The position numbers and the translations under genes are program-made. Shown here piece by piece: positions 12,963 to 26,856 of a DNA stretch of 64,000 bases. The DNA comes from Octopus vulgaris (Eukaryota). Where the stretch lies: positions 50,592,001-50,656,000 of the forward strand of contig OX597815.1 of NCBI GenBank assembly GCA_951406725.2, written 5' to 3'. Below the pieces are notes generated by a model, which was not told where the DNA came from, made no database searches, and was given only the letters and a program-made list of their open reading frames with translations. Position 1 is the first letter of the stretch. Every line of letters begins with the position of its first letter.

Positions 12963-14667
12963 AATATGTTAGCAAGTTTTTGACAACCTTCTTTTTGTTT
13001 TTAATGTTGTTTGGTGTTACTGCAACACTTCTGTGTTGCAGTAACACCACCCTCAGTTCTGTATAACAGAGCAGTGTTTGAATGTATCTGCAGCTGCTCA
13101 ATGCTGAAGTATTTTTTTGCTTTGGAAAGAAAACTAAATATTTGGAATGCAGTTTTGTCAATATGAAATATCATACTATATTTTATACCACTTTGCTGCA
13201 GTTATGATTTACTTAACATATTATCTAGATTACCTTAGAGAGGCTGTCTTTATTTATCTCCTTAACTTTTTAATGTTGTGAAATTTATTTATTTCAATAA
13301 AACATTATATTTGATTATTCATTAATGAATCAGTTATTTGGATTAAACACGCACCTAAATTTGTCACAAGAAAACTTCATGATTTTAAACAGAATTATAG
13401 TAGTATTAAGCATTATTCATCAGTTATCAACAACCAAATTTCATCTCTGATAATTTTGAAATACAATTTATATATGCAGGAGTTGGACAGGTTTGCAAAT
13501 AAAAGAATTTTCATAAATAATTAAAACTAGTGCTTTATGACAGGATCCCCTTGTTGATGCTAATGTATTTGCCATATTTTAAGATACTGTGAATTAACTC
13601 TTCTCAAAGCATAGTGTTGAGATTTTGGGTAAGGTCAGCAGCTTTTTCTGTTTGTAGTAAAGGATTGCATTTTTTTGTTTGCGGGACATATTGTGATATT
13701 ATAAATATTAACATGGAATAATGATGAAATTCTCATGGAATAATGATGAGATACTCATTATCATAACTATTTTCACATTCTTTTTGCTGACAACAATTAC
13801 AAGTCCAAATGCCATCAGTCTCTTACACTCAGGGTGTCTATCCCTAATAATGGTAAATGAAGGCAACTAGCTATCCACAGTCCATAAAGAACTCTCAGTT
13901 TCTTTCTTTTACATTATATCTACTGATAGATTAGAATTCGGCTAATACAAATTGTAGTCAAGAATACCCATGGAAACCACCAAATAAATATTTGACATTT
14001 GCTGTGCAATTCATAAACAGCATATGCAGCATAGATATTATTAGCTGCACGTGTATAACAAACTTACAAACAGAAGTCTTCCAGATAATCCCTGGAAAAA
14101 AACTAACAGAGCTCATTGCTAACAAAGAAGTTGGCAATGGTGCAGAAAAAGATGCTAATACCCTGTAAATTCCCTGTGCTTTTGGAAGTGTAATGAATGA
14201 AGGCAGCTACTAGAATGATGAATAAATACTGTATCTGCTCAGAAAATTCATCTGCAGAAACTGAGTAGCTTTCAGGTTTGGATCAATGATCTTAGGAGAC
14301 ATTTTTAACAATTTTGTTACTTCATTACAGAATCCTATTAATGAAATCCATAAAATAGTTAAAACTATACAGGAATTCATATTATTTTTATTATACTGAC
14401 ATTACATAACTTGAACATCAAATCAAATAGACAAATTCCTGGATTATTCATTAATATGCTGAAAGATGGTTTTGATACAGTTGTAAAAAGGTATATTATA
14501 ATTGTTTCAATTAATACATTTTAAAATATTTTCAAGCCAATATTCTTCTCCGAATATCTTTAAGGAAAATATTTTTCTCTTGTGCCATGTGTCATAACTC
14601 CCAGAAATATTGCCCAAGAATGAACCAAGTTAAGATATCATTATTTGTGAACAAAAATATGTAGTCA

Positions 14668-14786
14668 AGTGTGTGTGTGTGTGTGTGTACATGCATGTGT
14701 GTGTGTGTATAAATAGATAGATAGGTAGATAGATATAGATATATGTGTGCATGTGTATGTATGTATGTGTGTGTACATGTATAAAC

Positions 14787-14838
<52 letters not shown>

Positions 14839-15010
14839 ACATACATATACATCATATACATATATATATGTATATATATATATACAAATGTATATATACA
14901 TATATATATATGTATATGTATATATACATACATATATGTATATATACATACATATATGTATATGCATGTATGTGTAATGTGTGTGTGAGTATACACACAC
15001 ACACATATAT
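14668..15010. repeat. (TG)n/(TA)n compound microsatellite
   Basis: Direct reading. Confidence 0.95.
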
Positions 15011-16218
15011 GGAATTCAGAAAATCCCCAAACGTTTTTACTGTTCATGATGTCAGTTAAAGGCATTGCTTACTGAAAGGTCATGTAAGTGCTGCTGTTTG
15101 TCACCTCAGGCAATGATCTGAGGTTGCTATTACAGTTACCAACTTCTTCATCGTATGTTGCCATCACGTAGAATTGTTAACTTTCTCAACTGTTAAAACT
15201 CACTCCTTAATTGATCAGCCTGCTGACATCTCTGTGTACAGTAATGGCTTAATATGAAATACTTCAGAATTTCTTTTGGAGTGTGGTAGGAAATAACCTG
15301 ACTAAATATAATAATAATTAAATAGTTTTAAAAATCAAGGATTTCTTGTTTTTGTTTATGCTCTTAGCAGAGGAAAGATGGAAATTAAAACAAAAAAAAA
15401 ATTAAATTGAGGAAAATATATTGAATCAAAATTAGGATTTAGTATAAAAAAACTTTCATATATGTATATAGCAGGATGTCATATATATAAAATTGTCAGT
15501 TGAAAAACTTCTGTTAACTGAGATTATCTGTGCAATTAGTAGATAAAATCTCTCTCTGAGATGGGTGCTCCAACTCTAAAACCAACTAGTAAAACAGATC
15601 CAATTAAATCACTATTCCCTAAACCATGTTATATGCACATTCACATATATTTATGTATATAACTATAAATAATCTTATGTTTTCATCCATATGAATTAAA
15701 TGTGTGTGTGTGTGTGTGTGCATGTGTATGTGTGTGTTTGCAAGTATTATATATATTTACAACACAGAGACATTCTCAAATTTTTCTTTATACTCTGAAA
15801 GTATAGGAATTTCTAATAATTTTAAAAAGCTTATGTTTGTAGATTAGAGATTAGGATAATATTGAATAAGACTTTAAGGTAACATGTAGATGATGTTGTT
15901 TACCCCTAGTTCTTAAAACAGCTTTGGTATGTCCATAGATCTGGTAACATTTTAAGCCAACTTTTTTAATTCTCCTTTTGGACAGCACTACTTATTCCCT
16001 TATACTGTTTGGTTATATGGAATCATCATCCAGAGTACCTTAGCCATCAAGAACTGCTTACATCTTATGCTTGCAAGATTTTTTAACTAAAATTCTGCAA
16101 GATACTGCTCTGCAGCTAACACAAATACCTTTTCATTTGGGTGGACTAGAATAACATGAAATAAAGGCTTTGCACAACGAATACAATCCACTGTTTGATC
16201 TGACAATCATTACCTTAA

Positions 16219-16424
16219 CTCTTTAGCATTTAAACCAGTTGTATCCAGCCCAAATATTCTACCTGTTTCATGTTCAAAATGGTCAGATCCGGCCTCTCAC
16301 ACCAACTCTACAATATCATTCTCAGAATTAACAGTTACCTCATCAAAAATGCAAAGCTACAAGATAGTACATAATTCTAAACAATATGAATAAATAAGCA
16401 TGACTTTTGACAGAAGGTAATCTT
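16219..16424. mobile_element. TTAA-type MITE (family E), one end lost
   Basis: TTAA+CTCTTTAGCATT terminus; body is the reverse complement of 44549-44771. Confidence 0.7.
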
Positions 16425-16589
16425 TGGAGAACTGATTAGGTCATAGAGATAAGAAAGTATACTGAACATTACAGAACTTTGAGGTCTTGTTTGGAAAAAA
16501 AATTTTAAATGTATAATTGATGTGTGGACAACCAAGGTTTGACTGTATTAAAGACTGGTTATGTAGACTCAATAGGCAAAACTTTTATT

Positions 16590-16910
16590 TAAGCTTTTCC
16601 TTCCTATGGAGCATTGATCATCAACAACTTTTCTCCACTGTCCTCAACTCTGGTCTGTCTTTTCCTCTCCCAGGTCTTCTTGATTTTTAGATGCCATTGA
16701 TGCTGCTGTAACTTTGCTTTTTCCTAAACATGGGTGTTGGCCTTATGCAAACCCATTTTTATCTCTGTGAAGAGGTCATCCATATTAGCCTGCATCTATC
16801 CTTTGACCAATCTAACGTGGAAGGCCCTACCTGGAGCTTGTGCCCTGAAGGTATAGCTCTCAAAGTCACGGAGACACACCAACAACCATGTTGCAACAAG
16901 AACTGGATCT
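16590..16910 (-). mobile_element. Old RTE-derived non-autonomous retroposon fragment
   Basis: Resembles fused RTE 5' and 3' ends; related piece at 28705-28800. Confidence 0.4.
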
Positions 16911-17619
16911 TGCAGCAGCAATGCAAACTCTGGGGATTTATTCCAAGGATGTTGCAATAAGTATTAATTCTGTATTAAAAGGCATTCATTTTAATATGTA
17001 TTTCTTTTTAGTGTTTTGTCTTTTTTTGTGTGAGGTGGATTATTCATGTTAGATGAAGGTAAAACAAATTTTAAGATGGTTTTGCAACAGGATTAAGATG
17101 TATTACTAATTTTTCTTTATATTTTATTTAAACTTGACTATAGGCTGCAAGGACAGTGCCAATTAAACTGACAAGTATTCCAGAAATATTCTGGATTATC
17201 ACTCCGAGTCTATGGATTTGCAATATTGACAGTTTATAAGGACAATGCATAGAGTGTATTACTATATATGATTGTTATTCCATTTATCTCCTTTAACTGG
17301 TTTAAAATATCATTCCCATTTAATCAGTATGTATCAGAGATAAGTAATATTTCACTGAAGCACAAAACAACTATATAATATTCATAGCTGTAAGAATAAT
17401 CTAATATTTATTAACATGAAACTATAAATTTTAAAATAACCATGTTTTTTAGAGAAAAAAAAATGCCCTTGCATTCATTATTTATTTTATTTTTGTCTGT
17501 AAAGATAAAGAAGGTTCTTGTTAACGCAACACAAAAGCTTGACAGATCAGTGAAAACTGAAGAATTTCACATGGTCAGTTACTTATACCTGCAAGAGTTG
17601 CCATTGTAATTCATCATAT

Positions 17620-18290
17620 CATCATCATCATTTACAGTCTCTCATATTTGTTGACATGGATTGAACAGTTTTACAAGATCCGACAAGCCAATGGACTGTG
17701 TCAAGCTCCAATGTCTGCTTTGACATAGTTCCACTTTTCAGAGTGCACTGGGTATTTTTATGCAGGGCAACCTGTCTTAAATTCCTTTGCATAGCCATGA
17801 GGATTATGAGGAATGGAAGGAGACTAAGAAGCAAGTGCTGGCAAACTCCTGTCTGTACACTAAATTCAGTGCTGTGCTCAGTGGTCTCACCTGATTGACA
17901 ACACCCCTGTACATGGATTGCATGAATCTCACAAGTCATTCATCTACTCCTAGCTTCGTCAGAGACTACTAGATTACAGAGCAAGGGTCCCTGTCAAAAG
18001 CTTTCTCCATGTCAGTAAATGCATAGTACAATGTTTTACTTTTAGGTAAAAGCTTCTGCAGTTGTCTTATTAGAAAGAGAAAATTAGTAGTCCTCTTCCC
18101 AAGCACAACCTGAAATGCATCTCATCTAGACTAATTCCCTTCTTGATTAGTTAAGCTACATCTTTTTCTGTAACTTTCATGACTTGGTCCAGTAATATGA
18201 CATCCCTGTTGTTACTTCTCTCCAATGCATCTGACACTGGGCATTACACCTTCTTCAATGCCCTGGTTAACTATATGGGTAACTAAGCAT
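17620..18290 (-). mobile_element. RTE-clade LINE RT fragment joined to a family C 3' end
   Basis: STEFSVQTGVCQHLLLSLLPFLIIL resembles the RT GVxQGxxLSPxLF motif; family C tail at 17620-17760. Confidence 0.65.
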
Positions 18291-18404
18291 GGCATTTGTT
18301 GTGTGATATAAATAAAGGAAAGGAAATAATTGCAAAACAAGTTTTCTTATGACATACTAACAAGCATAATTTCTATTTACATTTAGAAGGCATGATATTA
18401 AAAT

Positions 18405-18610
18405 ACTGGCTTCAAATTTTGACATAAGACTAAAAGGGTAAGTTGATTACAACAGCCCTAGTGTTCAACTTGTATTTATTTTATTGACATCAAAAGGATG
18501 AAAAGCAAAGTCAACCTGGGTATAACTTGAACTCAGAGCATGATGATAGATGAAATGCCACTAAGTATTTTGCCTGATGTGCTAACGAATCTGCCAGCTC
18601 GCCACTGCTA
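18405..18610 (-). mobile_element. SINE family A
   Basis: Family core; flanking ATGA(T/C)ATTAAAATA duplication. Confidence 0.75.
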
Positions 18611-18669
18611 TGACATTAAAATATTAAAAACTTAAAATAGTTTACAAATCATCTACAAATAGTGTATAT

Positions 18670-18834
18670 AGTTGCAGGTGTGGCTATGTGATAAGAAGTT
18701 TGTTTCCCAAAGAACAAGGTTGCAGATTCAGTCCCACTGTGTGGCACCTTGGGCAAATGTCTCCTACTATAGCCACAGGCTGACCAAAGTCTTGTGAGTG
18801 AATTTGGTAGACAGCAACTGAAATAAGTACAACA

Positions 18835-18885
<51 letters not shown>

Positions 18886-19070
18886 AGACCACTGCTTGAC
18901 ATTCAGTGTTGGTGTGTTTATGTCTCAGCAATAGAGACCAACAGAATAAGTACCAGGCTTAAAAGTTAAGTGCTAGGGTCAATTTGTTTGCCTAAAAGTG
19001 TTCCGTGTAGTGACCTAGCAAGGCCACAGTCTAATAACTGAAACATATAAAATAGTAAAAAAGTAAAAGA
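18670..19070 (+). mobile_element. SINE family B (tRNA-like head, CORE-like GGCACCTTGGGCAAGTGTC segment, internal (TG)n)
   Basis: Collinear with 28922-29325. Confidence 0.85.
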
Positions 19071-19129
19071 AAGTATTAAAACTGAAAAGAAAAAGAAAAT
19101 TCAGAAATAGATAATTGCACAAGTTGATA

Positions 19130-19405
19130 ATTGTAAATGTGAAATGGCACCAAGATGTGGTAACTATATGGTCGCTGCTTGTGCCAACCTGAACTGGAAG
19201 CATCCAAATTAGTTTTATGGAAACCACTTCATGTTGATGTAAGAAGAGGAAAACGTCGTTACACTTACATTGACAACTTGATTGGAATGTATCCTGGCCT
19301 GGAATGTATCCAGGACCTCAAGGCAATGATGATGGGCCAAGAAGTGTGGTGGGTAGACTTTGTTGTTGCAGCTCAGGTTGGAACCTGGCTATAATGATAA
19401 TGATA
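19130..19405 (+). mobile_element. RTE/RTE-X LINE 3' end fragment
   Basis: ASKLVLWKPLHVDVRRGKRRYTYIDNL...DLKAMM...VWW resembles the RTE C-terminal RxRGRP...W region; short ATAATG-repeat tail. Confidence 0.65.
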
Positions 19406-20869
19406 TGAGTTTATTTTTCCCTGTAGCAGTAAGAAACTCTAGGGAGAGCTGAACAGCAGGAGGTCTTCAGAGAAGATGAATACAAGTGATATAACCCTTA
19501 ACTCCTTACACTCAAAGGGCTCCAGGCTTCATCCATATCATGATTCCTGGACACCCTTCTGCTGCCATGATCTGTTCTACTTGCCTGCATTGTAACTTGC
19601 ACCTTCCTGAGTAATCAAAGTATTCCAGAGCTGAGTACTTTGCATGTTGTAACTCCTTCAGTCCAAGATACCTTTGAATGTAGGGTATATTATGCCCTCT
19701 GAAATTCGCTTTCATTCCTCCTTGACTAAAGCCAGTTGGAACTTTCTCAACTGCTTCTGCCTTTGCCTTAAGAGTTCTGGTTCTCTTCATTGATTTACCA
19801 GGAATCTTTTAATTAGAATCAAATGTTTTGTACATTGTAAAATAAGAATGGATATCAGATTAAAGGTCACAAGTGAATCTTCATAATTTTTTTTTCTTAA
19901 TTGTGCTATTTTGAACAGACTGATCAAGTTGGGAAACACTTATATGAAATGCCTAATAGAATAATATCTTCTAAAACTAGTACTACTAAATACTAGCTCT
20001 TATTGTCATCGGAAGTACCCTGCTGCAGGCTGTATTTTCATCTTCTACCAAGTAACTGTTTTTGTCATCATACAGATCATTAATTTTGTACAAAATATAC
20101 AGCTAATATTACGTTTCGAAAAAGTGTGTAATCCATATCTTTTTGTCTTATAAAATCTTTCTTCAAAATACCTTTACTAAAACATCTGAAGTTGACAAAT
20201 GTACATCTAATATGATAGATTTGACAACATGAGAAAACAATCTATTGCACAGACTTCCCTTGTATTAGTTAATAGTCTGTAAACACAGGTCACTTATGAT
20301 ATAATGATGACTAAAACATTTGCCATGTGTCAAGTCAAGGTTTTCTAGTATTTCAATAAAACATGTAGAACAAAACATGTTTGAATGCACAAAGCAAATA
20401 AATAAGACAGTTGAAAGAAATGTGAGATTTGAAATGTAATCTCTGTAAATGCTAACCAATGTAGAGCTTTGTATATTAACAGTTTAAGATCTATATAGCA
20501 CCAGCTTCCTACTGAATTTAGGACATAAGGCTAATTGCAATGTTATCTATAGCACTAAAAAATTTTAGAAACATATAGCTTCTTGTTGTAACCTTAAGAA
20601 TACTTTTGTTTTCTTTTCACAATCAAGGATTTGTGTTTCTAATAAATAAATGATACCCATATTATGATTATGTATACCGGAATAATTGACAAGTTGTTTA
20701 GAAAATGTCATAAATGATCCAATTAATGCTCTTTACATAAAAACTAAAATTTAAAAATAAATAGAAGACTACAGATATGGTGAGACATAAGATATTGCAA
20801 TGTTTACTAATATGATATTTACTAAAAGACAATCAGAAAATATTTCCTAATAAATACTTCATGGCTGTG

Positions 20870-21030
20870 TAGGTGCAGGCCTGGTTGTATGATAACAAAG
20901 CTTATTTTTCAACCATGTATTTTCAGGTTCAGTCCTTCTGCATGGTAGTTTGGGTAAATGTCTTCTTCTCTAGCCCCTGACCTTGTGAGTAAATTGAGTT
21001 CACAAACTGAGTGGAGGCCCATGCTACGTA
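20870..21030 (+). mobile_element. SINE family B 5' half, old
   Basis: Degenerate head and CORE-like segment. Confidence 0.65.
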
Positions 21031-21084
21031 TGTATATATATATGTATTTATGTATGTGTGAGTGTGTGTGTATACGTATGTATA

Positions 21085-21450
21085 TATAGTAGCTGAATTA
21101 CCTGATAATACCCAGAAAAGTGGGGGTTATTTTCAGTTCCCGTTCCCATTACACTGGAATATCACCATATATTAGAGAATTTACTATTTTATTCCAGTAG
21201 TTCCCATGGTTTTGTGGTTATATAAGCAAAAAGCATGTAAATAAATCAGAGCAGCACTTTAAAATCACAAGTAAGAAACCCTTTATATCAGCAAGTTCTC
21301 CTTGGCTGAAGCTCAGCCCTGAGTTAAAAGGATCCTTCAACTAGGATAGTCCTTCAACTAGAATGGTCAATGCATCATTCTTGCCTTTCATGTCATGCTA
21401 ATCCTTTTTGTTAGTAATGTTATTACAAACTATAATCACCTATAGCACAT
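21085..21450. mobile_element. Possible Helitron/Helentron-type relic
   Basis: Starts TAGTAGCTGAATTACCTG...ATACCCAG next to (TA)n, like ACTAG-terminated rolling-circle elements; the rest is too decayed to confirm. Confidence 0.3.
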
Positions 21451-22631
21451 CATTTTACCCAACTGAAAAGCTACAATTAAAATTTTATGTATTGTAATAA
21501 ACTTTGATAAAAATGCTATTTTGACAACATTCAAAGTTGGTCTATTATAGGACAACACACAGCTAAACTTCATACCAATCAATAAATATACATCCAACCA
21601 GCCTAACACTATTATTAGAAAATTACAAAAGACAATTCTGTTGATGCCTAAGAGTTTTAACTGATAATTAGTTCTTTTACTAATTAACTGATAGTTAACT
21701 ATCCAAGAATCTGGCTATGCATAAGGTTTTAAATAGTTTTAGAACTTTAGAAAGAAAAAAATGTTTTTCAATATACATATAGTTATGCTCAGGCTGATAT
21801 TTTCAGCAAATATATCTGATAAACTCCTTCCTTACACAGATATGGAGAAAGAATATTGGCAGTTGTTCATATATCTTCTAGTAAATTTAAAATTAAAATT
21901 GTTCAGTAGCTAAGCGTTATGTTTTCAGTACTTTGAGTTCATGAGTTCAAGATAAAAGCTTATCTGCTAAAAAAGAAAAGTACTAAAGAAAATGCTTTGA
22001 ATAGAGATATGAAGAAAATTTCAATTTATTACGAATTTCATGTGAATGTCATTCAGTACATCTCTGCATAGTTGATTTACCTCCACATACACCACTAGGT
22101 TGGTTTATGTCAATGATTTGCTTTAACTCAGTTTTATTTTTAATTATGCAAATTACTACTCACCAAAGATTATTTGTAACTCTTTTTCTATATGTAAAGG
22201 TCTATGTTTATTGATCAAACAAGTTTGTGCTGAATATGCTTCACTAATGAGGTTCAATAAAACTGAAACTCCTGTTTCTGTCACAATTCCGGCTAACCAT
22301 GACTAAATTATATCTTAAATATAACAAGTAACTTTTTTTTAATTAATTCTTAATTTATTGAAATTACATATTTTCTTTTCTTCATGAGTCACTGATGGAT
22401 ACCTAGGCATTTTTTGTTTTCTTTCTCCAAATAAATGGAAAATTTCAATACATCAAGAATGTTATGACATATATCATTCAGTACAACCATACATATTTTA
22501 TTTATCTTAATACATGTCATTGGTTTATTTGAATTATTTGTCCGTTAAGTCAGTTTTATTTTATGCTTTTGTTGTTTTTTTATGTTGAATATTACCAATC
22601 AAGGAACGTTTTCTATTGATTGCTTCACCAA

Positions 22632-22666
<35 letters not shown>

Positions 22667-22959
22667 TTAATCGATTAATCTTTTCACTCATTGACAGATA
22701 CTTCAGATTATAAGAAATTCAAACAATTGGCTATTTATCACACTTCATGAGATCTATAATATATTGACTGCTAGATTTTAATCATAATATAAAAATATTT
22801 GGTATATAAATATCCCTTTAAACTATCCCCATGCCACAATAATTATCTACATGGAATTTAAAATCCCACACGCTCTATCATCTAAATCTAAGCATCTGCA
22901 GGTAAATATATATTTGGAAAAGGAAAATTATTCCATGTAGACAATGGTTTGTAGCCTCT

Positions 22960-23260
22960 TATAGAAGTTCATTTCTCTGGTAGAGTGGAGACAAATGTAG
23001 ATAATAGTAACCCCCACCTGACTTCATCAAATGTCTCTTCTTTGTACATTGCACCTGTCAAAGTGTTGTTCTGCATGACATTAGGGTCATCTGCACCAGG
23101 GATGCTAATGCCAGTTCTGTTCAGTATAGATATCATATTCAGTGATGCTGTCAGCATGAAATCTCTGTATTTCATCATCATTTCTTATTGCTGTCAAAGG
23201 ATTTTGGTTTGAACCTTGATTTGTCCATAAAGAATGCTGAAGTCCAGTCTAGCATTGTCA
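22960..23260 (-). pseudogene. Possible ancient reverse-transcriptase remnant
   Basis: GADDPNVM...FDEVRWGLLLST resembles YADD...GLxIxxxK; weak. Confidence 0.3.
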
Positions 23261-24039
23261 AGTACTCCGTCTGCTAAGTTATGCTATTCTTACTTACATA
23301 AATAGCTTTTTGAATGCCAATATCTATATATCAATGCAACCTATTCTCCTGAACACAGCTAAGAACAGTTTGGTCAGAATTCTCACCTTTATGTCATGAA
23401 GATAACCTGAAGAGAATAGAGAAAGTCTTTGGAACCACTGTTGGTTGGTTGTGCAGCATTAGAAATCTGTCATATAACTAATTTGGATGGAGTCTTTTCT
23501 GTATTTTCACACTACTATAGTTTACTTTCTGACTTTCTATTTTCAAAGATGACATCTTGGCCAATTTCAGGGTCAAATGTGATGTGTTCTTACGTAGTCT
23601 TATTCTATATATTATTCTGAAGCAATGACAGCTTTTTGGAATGTTTAATATATCTTTTACAATTTGGATCATAGCCTGAACATTTAGATATTTCATAAGT
23701 GTAAAATAATTGTGTGAATTAAATAATTAATAAAATATCTATCGTGCTTCAGATAAAAATAAAAATAAGCAATTATTTTCATATAAATTATTCACGCAAA
23801 TTTTTCTTTTCCCAACAGCATTTTTGTTAAGATAGTTTTCAACTTTATTCTTCTAATATTTTTAAAAACAATTATGGATATAAAAACATATTGCATTTTT
23901 ATATTGTGAGAAAATAAAGCAAAAGGCAGACTTTTTATATTTATAGTTTTTTTTTACTTTTATTTAATCCTCTATTGTTGTATTTTTGTGTTTGTTTGCT
24001 GTTAATGAAAGGATGTTCTTTTGTAACCACTTGAATCTT

Positions 24040-24230
24040 TCATCTTTTATCACTTATTTGTTTCAGTTATTAGACTGTGGACATGCTGGGGCACCACCTT
24101 GAAGAAATTTTAGTTAAATGAACTAATCCCAGCACCTACAATTTTTTAAAACTTGGTACTTATTCTATTGGTCTGAACCACTAAGTTAAGGGGATGTAAA
24201 CACACCGACACCAATTTTCAAGTCATGTAT
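24040..24230 (-). mobile_element. SINE family B 3' half
   Basis: Family tail ttgtttcagt...gactgtgg.catgctggggcacc. Confidence 0.7.
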
Positions 24231-24651
24231 ACATATACCCATTAAGGTCCTATGTACTAGTGTGTGTGTGTTTGAGTATGTGTGTAGGTATTTTATGCAT
24301 ATGTCTGTGTACATAACTTTCTATATATATGTTTATGCGTGGGTGTATGTATATGTGTGTAGTGGTGGGGGCAGTGGTATTTGTATATGTGTATGCTTGT
24401 AATTAAACACTCTCTAAGCAGTGAATAAACTCTAAATTATCAGTCTGAAGATGTTTTTATGCATGAAGCTTCTATCAGTCACCATTTGTAAATTTATAAA
24501 CATCTAATTATTAAAGTGGGAAAATTATCAGAAAAACCATTTCTATTTATTTTTTTCAAATATATAATGCTGTACCAAGGACTTTCTGTTTCTTATTCTA
24601 CTGTATATATATATATATATATACATACATAATACTTACATATATATATAC

Positions 24652-24716
<65 letters not shown>

Positions 24717-24740
24717 CATAATACTTACATATATATATAC

Positions 24741-24800
<60 letters not shown>

Positions 24801-24859
24801 ATATGTATATGTATATACACACATACACACACACACACACACAGAACACACGCATACAC

Positions 24860-25290
24860 ACGATGGGCTTCTTTTGGTTTAAGTCTAGCAAATCCATTCA
24901 CAAGACTTTGGTCGATTCCAAACTTGTAGAGGTTACTTGCCATAGGTGCCACACATTGGGACTGAACCCAGAACTATCTGGTTGGAAAGCAAGCTTCTTA
25001 CCACATAATTTCAGACGGTAATATATTTTCTTTGAATAGTTTTTTCATAGATTCTTTTTATCATTTATCTTTAATCTGTTTCATCTACTGACAGCAGCCA
25101 TGCAGTGGTATTCCTTTAAAGGGTTTCAGTGAATCACATTGACTCCAGTACTTATATTTTTTGAAGTCCGTTACTTATTCAATTTGTTTCTTTGCTAAAC
25201 CACTAAGTTATGGAGAGGTAAACAAACCACATTAGTTGTCAAGAAGTGTAGGGTGGGGACTAAACACAGATACACACACACGCACACACT
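24860..25290 (-). mobile_element. Two SINE family B fragments
   Basis: Head half at 24860-25010, tail half at 25060-25290. Confidence 0.65.
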
Positions 25291-25543
25291 TAAATATATA
25301 CATATATACATATATACTTGTGTATATATGTATATATATATATATATATATTATATATTATATAATTAGGGCTTAGTAAAATAAATTACTTTGCCACATA
25401 CTGAACTTTCTAGAAATATCAGCCAAAACGTTTTTAGCCATTTCCACTACTTTAAGAAAAATTCTCCCAGATAGTGTTTACTCAAAAATAACTCACGAAG
25501 ATATGGAGGTAAAACAGTAAAATATCACAAGTACAAAGATCAT

Positions 25544-25605
25544 TTGAGAACGTCACGTTTCTAGATTAGCCGAAATAAAACTCAGCATTTCCTTCGTCAG
25601 CTCAA
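25544..25605 (-). ncRNA. Type I hammerhead ribozyme motif
   Basis: TTGAG-CTGACGA-[imperfect 32-nt stem II]-GAAAC-GTGAC-GTT-CTCAA; stem I TTGAG/CTCAA, stem III ACG/CGT. Confidence 0.65.
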
Positions 25606-25911
25606 CATTTCTTAATTTTGGATTTGAAAGCACTAAAAGAATGAACATACCCATCCGGCAATGTATCACCTCAGACAAACACCCTCAAACTGCCAGTACT
25701 AGCAAATTCAAAATGTACAAGCGAAGATTCATGTTCTTTCCTCTTCCACCCACGTGAGTTATCTAGTAAACATACTATAACGGTGAGAACCGTAGTAACA
25801 GAACAGGGAGAAAGGAATTATAATATCAATAATTGAGGGTAAAATTAATTAGTTATTAATCAATTTCATCAAGTAGTGTTCAGTATGTAAAAGGACCATT
25901 TAAGGCGTATT

Positions 25912-25978
25912 ACGCTTTACGCTTTTATGCTTTTACTTGTTTCAGTCATTTGACTGTGGCCATGCTGGAGCACCTATT
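25912..25978 (-). mobile_element. 5'-truncated SINE family B tail inserted in the hammerhead element
   Basis: Family tail; TATT duplicated at 25908-25911 and 25975-25978; the uninterrupted site is visible in the inverted copy near 26455-26470. Confidence 0.85.
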
Positions 25979-26198
25979 CAAAATATTATATTATATAATT
26001 AGGGCTTAGTAAAATAAATTACTTTGCCACATACTGAACTTTCTAGAAATAGCAGCCAAAAAGTTTTTTAGGAATCTTCGCTTGTACATTTTGAATTTGC
26101 TAGTACTGGCAGTTTGAGGGTGTTTGTCTGAGGTGATATACATTGCCGGACGGGTATGTTCATTCTTTTAGTGCTTTCAAATCCAAAATTAAGAAATG

Positions 26199-26260
26199 TT
26201 GAGCTGACGAAGGAAATGCTGAGTTTTATTTCGGCTAATCTAGAAATGTGACGTTCTCAA
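26199..26260 (+). ncRNA. Inverted copy of the hammerhead motif
   Basis: Same as 25544-25605 except GAAAC changed to GAAAT. Confidence 0.6.
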
Positions 26261-26706
26261 ATGATCTTTGTACTTGTGATATTTTACTGTTTTACCTCCA
26301 TATCTTCGTGAGTTATTTTTGAGTAAACACTATCTGGGAGAACTTTTCTTAAAGTAGTGGAAATGGCTAAAAAACTTTTTGGCTGCTATTTCTAGAAAGT
26401 TCAGTATGTGGCAAAGTAATTTATTTTACTAAGCCCTAATTATATAATATAATATTTTGAATACGCCTTAAATGGTGCTTTTACATACTGAACACTACTT
26501 GGTGAAATTGATTAATAACTAATTAATTTTACCCTCAATTATTGATATATATATATATATATATAGAAAGATGAATAATCTTGTTGCAGATTAATCAAAA
26601 GTTTAACCGATACCTTGGTAGCAAAAATCACAGCAGAAGAAAGCACGGTTGGAGGTACAACCATATGGTGTTGCAACCGTGCGTTGGTGCGGATAATTGA
26701 ATTTTA

Positions 26707-26856
26707 ATATTATTAGTGAATTGAAGAAATGGAGTTGAACGAAGATTGAACAGAAATCCTTTTATTGCATTCTACACGTGTTTCGAAAGCCACGTGTAGA
26801 ATGCAATAAAAGGATTTCTGTTCAATCTTCGTTCAACTCCATTTCTTCAATTCACT

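Larger units (their letters stand above)
25352..26548. mobile_element. Hammerhead-containing non-coding element: ~566-bp monomer in partial tandem followed by an inverted copy, embedded in (TA)n
   Basis: Start at 25368 repeats at 26001; 26072-26548 is the reverse complement of 25823-25911 plus 25352-25730; (TA)n on both sides. Confidence 0.85.

Noticed and set aside
19512-19790. 92-aa minus-strand ORF with normal composition
   Set aside because: No recognisable domain or convincing splice sites; may be decayed TE
23290-23350. Minus-strand CAG...GTAAGT exon-like segment
   Set aside because: Stops in all frames and lies next to a probable RT relic
24440-24480. CTGAAGATG...CATGAAGC hammerhead-like string; a similar weak one at 44066-44165
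   Set aside because: Core GAAA absent and stems I/III not supported
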